NCBI GenBank assembly: GCA_002269645.1
Contig: NIVC01000478.1
Span: 19,032 to 83,031 of the forward strand
Reading direction: 5' to 3'
From: Macrostomum lignano
Taxonomy: Eukaryota
DNA: 64,000 nt
Shown here: positions 37,164 to 46,909 of the stretch, in pieces
Layout of the letters: each line of letters starts with the position of its first letter
Position numbering within the stretch: position 1 is the stretch's first letter
Notes under the pieces: generated by a model
What the model saw: the letters and a program-made list of their open reading frames with translations, nothing else
Told to the model about the DNA's origin: nothing
Databases searched by the model: none
Made by a program: the position numbers and the translations under genes

Positions 37164-37564
37164 AATCTCGTGCGTTTTTTGCTTCTGCATCTTAAAATTC
37201 TTTAATGACATGAAATACTACTACATTGTATGCCTATTAGTAATATAAAATTCATGTTTTTGCTCTTAGTTTCTCAATTTACAATAAAAAGTTTCCTTTC
37301 CAATTGTTTTGTATTAATATTTTATTATTTATAATTTATAATCTAGTTAAAATTCTTGTCAACATTTTCCATCATGCTAATAAAACTTACGTGCGCATCC
37401 TTGCTACTTATTGTAATAGTCTGTTAGGCCGCTAAAAACTGCCTTTGTGTTTTTGATTGAATTTTAACGATTAAAAACCCTACTATTATAATTAAGCTGC
37501 TTAATACCCATTCTGGAAATAATTTCCCTGTTCTAAAGGCACCTGGCTTTCTCTTAACACGTGC

Positions 37565-37920
37565 TCTATTCATACAGACACCCGTTCTATTCCTACAGAC
37601 ACCTGTCCTATTCCTACAGACACCTATCCTATTCCTAAAGACACCTGTTCTATTCCTACAGACACCCGTTCTATTCCTACAGACACCTGTCCTATTCCTA
37701 CAGACACCTATCCTATTCCTAAAGACACCTGTTCTATTCCTACAGACACCTATCCTATTCCTAAAGACACCCGTTCTATTCCTACAGGCACCCGTTCTAT
37801 TCCTACAGACACCTGTCCTTTTCCTACAGACACCTGTCCTATTCCTACAGACACTTGTCCTATTCTTACAGGGCACCTGTTCTATTCCTACAGACACCTG
37901 TCCTATTCCTACAGACACTT
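37565..37920. repeat. 21-bp minisatellite TTCCTACAGACACCTGTCCTA between SNRPE and GNPDA
   Basis: About 17 copies. Confidence 0.95.
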
Positions 37921-38044
37921 CCGAGCAATGCGCATAACCGGCGAAAAATAGCAGAACCGGCTATTTTATTCCAAAGAAGCCAATCCGATTAAAGAAGAAA
38001 CCCTTCTCACGCCAGGAAATGTTTATTGCAGCTTGGCCTGCAGA

Positions 38045-39306
38045 ATGCGCCTAGTAATTTGCGACACCGCTAATGACGTGGCGGAATGGGCTGCTGCCTA
38101 CGTTAAGAAGCGGATATTGGACTTTGCACCCGGCCCTGACAGGTACTTTACTCTCGGCCTGCCGACTGGCAGCACACCGCTAGGCATGTACCGTCGGCTG
38201 ATTCGGTATTACAAAGACGGCGAGCTAAGCTTTAAATACGTGAAAACTTTCAACATGGACGAGTACGTTAATCTGCCACGCAGTCACGAAGAATCGTATC
38301 ATTATTATATGTTTCATAATTTCTTCTCGCATATTGACATCGATCCGAGCAATGCTCATTTGTTGGACGGCAATGCACCAGATTTAGATGCAGAATGTCA
38401 AGCATTCGAGCGCAGTATTAGAGAGGCTGGCGGTATTCGACTGTTCATTGGCGGGATTGGGCCTGACGGCCATATCGCTTTTAATGAGCCGGGCAGTTCG
38501 TTGAATTCTCGGACTAGGGTGAAAACACTGGCTCAGGTGAGTGGCTTGTTACCGGCACAGCATGCAATGTCAGCTTTAAAGATTACTTGAGCTGTGACAC
38601 TCTTTACCATCAGTTGCTGACAGGTGTCTGTAATGTAAGACCAGAATTGGACAGGTGTCTGTAGGAATAGAACAGGTGTCTGTAGGAATAGGACAGGTGT
38701 CTGTAGGATTAAGACGTGTCTAAGAATAGGACAGGTGTCTAGGAATAGAACAGGTGTCTGTAGGATTAAGACAGGTGTCTATAAGAATAGGACAGGTGTC
38801 TGCAGGTATAGGATAGGTGTCTTTTGGAGTACAGCATGTGTCTGTAGGAGTAGGACAGGTAACTGTAGGAATAGAACAGCCAGGTGTCTACAGGAATAGG
38901 ACAGGTGGCTTTAAGAATAGGACAGGTATTTGATAATATAGAACTGATGGGTTATGCATCGTTTCTATATTGCTACATATCGGTCAATTTCCAGGAAACC
39001 ATCGACGCCAATTCTCGTTTCTTTGGCAACGATAAATCGTTAGTGCCAACTCAGGCTCTAACAGTTGGCGTTGCCACGGTGATGGACGCTGACACGGTGA
39101 TGATCCTGGTGACGGGTATGGCTAAAGCGTTCGCTCTGCACAAGGCCATCGAGTGCGGCATCAATCACATGTGGACTGTGTCCGCCTTTCAAAATCATCC
39201 GCAAGCGTTTTTCATTGTGGACGACGATGCCACTGCGGAATTGAAAGTGAAAACTGTCAAGTACTTTCGCGGCCTGAATGCTGTGCATCATCAGTTGTTG
39301 GAGTGA
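38045..39306 (+). CDS. GNPDA1: Glucosamine-6-phosphate deaminase, 2 exons: 38045-38536, 38995-39306 (267 aa)
   Basis: LGLPTGSTPLGMY, TFNMDEY, LFIGGIGPDGHIAFNEPGSSL, TRVKTLAQ|ETIDANSRFF, ALTVGVATVMDA, HMWTVSAFQ. GTGAGT donor and CAG acceptor in phase 0. GNPDA1 vs GNPDA2 cannot be distinguished in an invertebrate. Confidence 0.95.
38619..38930. repeat. ~21-bp minisatellite TAGGACAGGTGTCTGTAGGAA in the GNPDA intron; reverse complement of the 37565-37920 array
   Basis: The unit is the exact reverse complement of the upstream unit, but the array is more degenerate. Confidence 0.92.
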
Positions 39307-39795
39307 CCTTTTTGTGACGCTGTGTTGTCTGACTGGTCTGATTAGTTCCACTCCGATTGTGCTGATTTCGAATTTGACTTTACCAGAATCAACCTTCAAC
39401 CTTCAACCTTCAATCATTGATAGATATATAGAGATATATTGATAAGTGGATAAAGTCGTTTCAAGTTTTTTTCAGTTTTTTAACACATCGTTTCACTACA
39501 CTTCCCGATGATAAACATTGTTATTACGTCGTGTATTTCAGTTTCAAATTTGTTCGAATGTATCCGTATCTGACAGTAACATTATACAATACGTACCGGA
39601 CCAATTAAAATGTAATAATTGCCATGTATTATTCACCGCATTCGTATTAAAGTATTGCATATTTATATTGATTTGATTGATTTGACCTACACTCGTACTT
39701 ACCTTTTTATGTAATACATACTTATTGAAGTGACTAGAACTGTATAATGCCCAAGTACTGTCGTCAGCTCTCTCGAAAAGAATTTTAGCAGCCCA

Positions 39796-39920
39796 CTTTC
39801 ACAAACCCGAAACTTCACAAGCTCGAAATTTCAAAACCTCGAAAAAAGCTTATGAAGTCGCCTGCTAAAATTTTCGAGGTTGTGAAATTTCGAGCTTATG
39901 AAGTTTCGGGTTTGTGAAAG
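39796..39920. repeat. 50-bp-arm inverted repeat (hairpin) with 25-nt loop, probably part of a MITE extending to ~40590
   Basis: Arms 39796-39845 and 39871-39920 have 2 mismatches. The same motif recurs at 39927-39958 and 40505-40582. Confidence 0.8.
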
Positions 39921-40762
39921 GAAGTGCTTTTCGAGGTTGTGAAATTTCGAGCTTGTGAAGCGACCCCATTTTGGCCATAGACATACGAGTACAAAGTGAC
40001 AGAAACAACCAAAACCTAAGGCAAAACACATGTACACTGTAAGACTGTCCAATAAGCAGTACTGCAGATTCATAACGATTGTATTGTGCCAGATAGGCCA
40101 AGACGAGAAAGTGGCTTAAGGCGTAGACCGATATTTGATCGCTAAGGCACTCGGTATTGTGATACGCTCGTATTGTACAGCGAGAAAATGTACATGTACA
40201 TCAACAGCTTGCGCACATGCAATCAACCAATCAATCATCTTAAACATCCGTAGAAGACTTTGTAAGCCTCTTAAATTGCTAGCGCTAGAGCTTCATCTGA
40301 TGACGCTTAGAATTTAGTTGGTCTTCATAGATGGTCTATACCAATTTTGAGTGCGCATTACCATACATTGTTGGGTATAAGGGAGTTAGTTCTTTATCTA
40401 TTATAGGGAGAATCGACTGGGCAAGTCGTTGCTATGGCGACTGTCCAATAGATCACATGAGAAGAGGGGAGAGAGATTTTTTAGTATTTGAAAGTAAGTG
40501 CAAAAGTTTTAGCGGTTGTGAAGTTTCGCGTTTAATAAAGTGACTGCAAAAAATTTAGCGGTTGCGAAATTTCGCGTTTGTGAGACCACCCAAGTCTGTC
40601 GTACAGTTCAGGAACTGCATTCCCATAACAGCTCTGTACATGCAGCTTGTAACCAATAGCAACGAAACCTATATGTACCTCTTCTCCGGAAAAAAATTGA
40701 CAGACTGCGCTCCTGAAAGGGGCCTCAGCCGTTCTCGCAAGTTTCGACCTTCTTAGCTAAAA

Positions 40763-41340
40763 ATGTGTTGCATCCTACGAGAGCATCTCACTCTGCGGTC
40801 TGTGATCTGGTCAGCAGTTTTCTTGCATGACAATCGGCCTGGTGATGACTGACCAGAACTGCCCAGCTCCGTTCCAGCTGCACTCAGCCACCCAGCTGTG
40901 CCTGTTCATCGAGTCCAGCCACAGCTACAGCTGGTGCTCCGCCAACCGAAGGTGCGCTGAGCTGGGCGGAGAAGTATAATCAGCTCAATTGAGTCCATCG
41001 TAATTCCCTGCATGCTTGCCTCGAATCTGGTTAACAACATCACGGTTGACATGTGGACTGGACTCGGCTGGCAGAGAGTCAATGGCGGCGGCGAGTTACA
41101 TGTACCTATAGAAATGACTCGGTTTGGTGCTGTAATGAGCCAAAACGACTGCTGTGAGCACACTGCGTTCGTTTTGTAAATAATCAGGGCCTCCACCTCG
41201 GCGACAGAGTCTGCAGCCATTTGATCGGCTTCGTATGCCAGTTCGTCCTGCCGCCACCAAGTCGGCCGGCTACTGGACTCCAACGAGTTCAAGAGAACCC
41301 GCAACGACACGTACTACTGCCACGAGGAGCTGCAGCTGGT
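40763..41340 (+). pseudogene. C-type lectin domain gene, frame-disrupted (pseudogene or error-laden consensus)
   Basis: NCPAPFQLHSATQLCLFIESSHSYSWCSANRRCAELGGE; frameshift near 40975; IISSIES...VDMWTGLGW; frameshift near 41100; VWCCNEP...HCVRFVNNQGLHLGDRVCSHLIGFVCQF. Cys/Trp pattern of a CTLD. Confidence 0.72.
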
Positions 41341-42190
41341 CAGGAGCTGATCGAGTGGATCAAGCTGGTCAGGAGCTGATCGAGTGGATCAAGCTGGTCA
41401 GGTGCTGAGTGGGTCAAGCTGGTCAGGAGCTGAGTGGGTCAAGCTGTAGTCAGGAGCTGAGTGGATCAAGCTGGTCAAGAGCTGAGTGGATCAAGCTGAT
41501 CAGGGCTGAGTGGGTCAAGCTGTAGTCAGGGCTGGGTGGGTCAAGCTGCAGTCAGGGCTGAGTGGGTCAAGCTGTAGTCAGGGCTGAGTGGGTCAAGCTG
41601 TAGTCAGGGCTGGGTGGGTCAAGCTGTAGTCAGGGCTGAGTGGGTCAAGCTGCAGTCAGGGCTGAGTGGGTCAAGCTGCAGTCAGGAGCTGAGTGGGTCA
41701 AGCTGTAGTCAGGGCTGAGTGGGTCAAGCTGCAGTCGGGAGCTGAGTGGGTCAAGCTGTAGTCAGGGCTGAGTGGGTCAAGCTGCAGTCAGGGCTGAGTG
41801 GGTCAAGCTGTAGTCAGGGCTGAGTGGGTCAAGCTGTAGTCAGGGCTGGGTGGGTCAAGCTGTAGTCAGGGCTGAGTGGGTCAAGCTGCAGTCAGGGCTG
41901 AGTGGGTCAAGCTGTAGTCAGGGCTGAGTGGGTCAAGCTGTAGTCAGGGCTGGGTGGGTCAAGCTGTAGTCAGGGCTGGGTGGGTCAAGCTGTAGTCAGG
42001 GCTGAGTGGGTCAAGCTGCAGTCAGGGCTGAGTGGGTCAAGCTGTAGTCAGGGCTGAGTGGGTCAAGCTGCAGTCAGGAGCTGAGTGGGTCAAGCTGTAG
42101 TCAGGGCTGAGTGGGTCAAGCTGCAGTCGGGAGCTGAGTGGGTCAAGCTGTAGTCAGGGCTGAGTGGGTCAAGCTGCAGTCAGGGCTGGA
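41332..42190. repeat. ~26-bp minisatellite AGTCAGGGCTGAGTGGGTCAAGCTGT
   Basis: About 33 copies. Probably intronic, with a possible donor near 41339 and acceptor TTTTTATAG at 42214. Confidence 0.95.
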
Positions 42191-42477
42191 TGGGTCGATC
42201 TTTTACTTTTTATAGATATGGGATGTTAATGGCGACTAATCTGGAACAATAATAACTGCTTTAGAAAAAATAAGTTTCTTAAAAAATAAATTTTGAAAAA
42301 AACTTGAAATTTAACGATCTACAGCTAGTACGTGTTTATCCTTATGAAATTATTTTTGGATCAAGTGTAGACAAATAGCTTCATTTGCTGTTCTTAATTT
42401 TAAAAGATACCTTGTACATGTAATATTGCAAGAGAAACTACTGTCGCAGGTGTTTTACCTCCTACTTTATCAATTTT

Positions 42478-43000
42478 AATCCCACCGCTGATACCAAGTT
42501 GTCGCAGGGCTGATTCTTCCTTCTTAATAATATCCCACTATTGCCACCAAGTTGTAACAGGCCTTCAATTTCCCTGCTATTGAATTTATACTGCTGATAC
42601 TAAATTCTGCCTTAATATTTCTAACTGTTTTCTTAGAATATTTTTCTGGGTAGCGTTCTCGTAGTATTTGGTCTGGTAGCGTATTATGTATTAGTCTGGT
42701 AGCGTCTTAGTATATGGCCTGAGCGGTCTTACTGGTATATGTACTTTCTCTCTCCAGTCTGGGCGTTACCGAGATTAGAGGGTCACAGCGATTACTCTTA
42801 GTACTTCTCTTTGCATGAATCCCAAGTGCAACCTTCAACCTTCTTCACAATACTCTTAGAAATGAACAATGATCTGAGAAAGATTTATTGAACACGTTTT
42901 GAGCTTATAGCTAGCGAACGAGTTATCTCTTCTTCCTCTCAGCCTGCTCCTATTTATACTATTTGAACGTGTGTATTTTTAACAAATATCGAATATTGAG
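42478..43000 (-). mobile_element. LTR-retrotransposon relic: LTR-like segment followed by tandem tRNA-Leu primer-binding sites
   Basis: Minus strand: TATAAATA (42958-42951), AATAAA (42889-42884), then ...GTTACA-ACT-TGGTGGCAATAGTGGGAT and ...GCGACA-ACT-TGGTATCAGCGGTGGGATT. These are near-complements of the tRNA-Leu(AAG/UAG) 3' end AATCCCACCGCTGCCA-CCA. The upstream LTR boundary was not defined. Confidence 0.65.
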
Positions 43001-45316
43001 AATATATAGAATATTTTGTAGAGTAAAACAAATTATTAGCGCAGATTCAAACTGTTATATTCCTAGAAACTATTAACCACTTCGACACTACTATAATGCC
43101 ACTAAAATAAACTTTAAAACAAAATCGAGTCCTCAATAAACTGCTTTATCTACCATATCCATCCTTAAATTTGATTAGCTCAAGGACCAAGATTCTCCAA
43201 TATTAGTTTCTTCAATTTTTTTCCGCGCTAAAAATGAAGTTGACAGAAGATCGCAGCTTTGAACAGTTTCGCTTTTGCGGAATCTTTTGTGATGACTTTT
43301 TGATGCTGAGTATACATAATCTGCACTGTTAAATCTGTTGGCCTGTTGAAACAGATTAAGTTTTCTACTATTGTTTTAATCTTAATATTCAAGTTTCAAA
43401 GTTTGCTGTTCCTTGACTGATTATAGGATTTACAGTAATATTTTGCAGAGCTGTTTTTGGTTGAAACAAATGAAACTAAATAGCGACAAAATGGTTCCAA
43501 CAAGTCTAAACATTTTTTGTTGTTACTGTACGAGTAACAGTTCGGTTCTTCTCACGTAAATAAATACTTGGGATTCGAGCGATAACCAAAGAGTGACACA
43601 TGGCTTCCAGTTCCCGTGCTCGCGGACGTAATAATACATAAGCGGCCAAGAAAATCATCCACAACCGTGGAAAATCGGTCAAATCGATCGCCTCAGTTGA
43701 CAAGTTATACGCCTGATAGCGACACAGCCACTGAACCGAACCGAATCGACGCTAAGCGGGTCCGACTATGCCGAGGCTTGTGCGACGGCTGACATTTCGG
43801 CGCAACGGCTTATGAATATCTGGTGGGAGTCGAATAACAAAATAGCTGAAAACGCATCCCACGTCCATCGCCGTAATCAAATGCACACGGCCATTCGAGG
43901 AACGCTGGCCAAACTGATGCACGCCCGGACGTTCTGAACGTCAGTCTAGAAACAATTGGTTGATCCGACCTAATCAAGTTTGTCGACGACGATCTGAAAG
44001 AAATGACGATGCGTACAGTTTCTGCGCGACAAGATTGCAGGCGTTAAAGTATGCCAGTTGCGGAACATTTTAGCCGCAGTCAATTGACTTTATTAAAAAC
44101 ACAGTCAGTGCAATTCCTGCAATCAAAACCCTGCAATTTTAATTGTCTCAACCGCCTAGCCCGTGTGTTAGCAGACGCGCCCAACGATGTAGCTGGTACA
44201 GCAGTGTTGTCTTATGCTCTGTAGCACGAGCTGCTCTCTATACCATCAGAAGATCGGTATATTTAAGATTGATACTGCATTGCACCTGAATCCTGTTCAT
44301 TCTGATTGACTATAGCTCTACCAACTAAACGGGGACCAGCGGCAACAGGCTTACAGCTCGCACAACGCTGCTCTTGACCGCCGACGAGATGAAGACCATA
44401 CAGGCCAGATTATGTCAGCTTATCCACATGATAGATCTGTATTCGGGCATGGTCGGAATTACCAATTGTCGGGCCCTGCATTGTCAGTCGTTGGTCTGGC
44501 TGTCAACGAGAGTCGACTGCAGCTCCGCTTGGGACGTGGCGATATTTCAGAATGCGCGCCACTCAGCCGAGAGCTAGCATTCTTTGGCACGGCTATTTTG
44601 CATAGTAATCGCGCCTCTTGCCATGGATCTATTAGGATATGCAAATTCCTAAAGCCTGCTCTAGTGGATCTCGGCGTCACAGTGTCCGACAATCAGTGCC
44701 TCCTATTTCCGACAGCCCCGCGGGTGTACCTCGTCCTACCGGTGACTACGAGTACTCTCGGCTTGTGAAAGAAGGAGCCGTGAGAGGCATCGGAAGATAC
44801 CTATCGAGCATGAGACGACGGAAGCGCAATCAATTGTGAGAGTATGCACGACTTCACCCTGACAAGATTAATCAGGTGACGCCGGTGTATGACACGTTGA
44901 AACAGGTTGTCACGATCGATATTACGCCGCTACTGCCACTGATGCTGAGAGAAATTTCGCGTTGTGAAAGTAACCTCGTGCAGCCACTCTTTTAACTGAC
45001 CTCTTCGTCATCCTGAAGGACGTACATGTAGTGGTCTGGGCCACCATAAATATGTGTCAGTCATTTGACGCAGCAAAGTGACTTGATGAACAAATACTTT
45101 AATCTGTAGTCCTTGAATAATGCAGTTTCAGAAATGTACGGTACTCCTCGTATATTTAAAATCATTTGATGTTCTTTTGTCTATGGTGAAAATTTGCTAA
45201 AAAGTATAAATAAATCTATTACAACTTTAAAACCACACTCAGCAACATTGAAAAGTTTCCACCTTCGCGCCAGCCGTGTATATTTAGAGTTTCAAAACTG
45301 GTTTTTGTCGCCAGAC

Positions 45317-45430
45317 TTGTGCCATAGACGACTGATGATTTCGTCAACACGCACTTGGGCCATAGACGATTGATGATTTCGTCAACACGCACTTGTGCCA
45401 TAGACGATTGATGATTTCGTCAACACGCAC
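45317..45430. repeat. 38-bp direct repeat x3
   Basis: TTGTGCCATAGACGATTGATGATTTCGTCAACACGCAC. Confidence 0.9.
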
Positions 45431-45534
45431 TTTATTGATTTATTGTACTACTTAATTTATGCGTCATCAGTAGCCCGTGATTATAAACTAAATCAAGTCA
45501 ACAAAAAAATTATGCACACTATGTTAATACTTGC

Positions 45535-45805
45535 TAGATTTTAACAAAAAAGTAATTTCATTTATTTTAACAAAAAAGTAATTTCATTTATTTTAACAAA
45601 AAAGTAATTTCATTTATTTTAACAAAAAAGTAATTTCATTTATTTTAACAAAAAAGTAATTTCATTTATTTTAACAAAAAAGTAATTTCATTTATTTTAA
45701 CAAAAAAGTAATTTCATTTATTTTAACAAAAAAAGTAATTTCATTTATTATAACAAAAAAGTAATTTCATTTATTTTAACAAAAAAGTAATTTCATTTAT
45801 TTTAG
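45535..45805. repeat. 26-bp AT-rich minisatellite TTTTAACAAAAAAGTAATTTCATTTA, ~10 copies
   Basis: Seen directly. Confidence 0.93.
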
Positions 45806-46369
45806 AGTTCGTTTTGTTTAAAGCAACGGAATTCGAGTTGAAAAAGAATACGTACTCAATCAATTCAGTTTGTTTTCCGCATACAGTTGAGAACAACAAT
45901 TAGTTCTATTCTACATTTGAAACACAGTAGTCGGTAAATGCTCATTGTAGTTTTTTGTTATAAATAATCAGTTAAGGTTTATACTATACGAGCTATGCGT
46001 AATTTTTTTGAAAAGTACACTTATTTACGTTTCAAAAAAGATTTGCGGAATATTTACTTTAAAAATAATATCAGTTATCAGTTATCAATTACTTTAAAAA
46101 TAATATCAGTTATCAGGTATCAATGATCATATACAATTGTACAATTCAATTAGCACATTAAGGCATGATGCTCTTGCGGCGGGGGCTGAAATTCGAAATG
46201 CGATTAGGCTAGCTGTAATTTTTTTAGACCTTTAGGCATTGTGGAATGCAGTTTTTCTAGATAAAAATGTGCTTTAAAATGTCCCTAACTAGTAGTATAT
46301 GTAGCTTGGTTAAAATTTCCAATGAGTTTTTAATACAGGTAATTAGATGGATACCGTAAACAGATGATA

Positions 46370-46668
<299 letters not shown>

Positions 46669-46909
46669 CAGAGGTGCAAAAATTCAAGCCAGCTAAAAGT
46701 CTACCATGAGCTGTTTTTCTAACAGAAACAGACATTTTCTTACCGGTTATTTTTGCCGACTGCCTCTCGAAGTTAAAGCCGACTTTAGCGCTGAAATGTT
46801 TTTTGACAATCATAATTAATCATTTGGTTTTCAGCTCAAAATTTACTAGTTCTATTCCCCACTGAGAAGCCATAGCAACTAATAACTAAATTTTTCTAAG
46901 AAATCGTCT

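Noticed and set aside
42478-42606. CRISPR-like repeat-spacer appearance
   Set aside because: Eukaryotic context, no cas genes, the repeat is a tRNA-complementary PBS, and the spacers are loosely related to each other.
42721-42745. Spliced-leader RNA-like CGGTCTTACTG
   Set aside because: No ATG|GT leader end or Sm site follows; better explained as a tRNA-Leu D-arm match.
42478-42766. Circularly permuted or split tRNA-Leu gene
   Set aside because: The T-loop GGTTCG is missing, CCA is encoded, blocks are duplicated and interrupted, and LTR-type ends adjoin the 3' part.
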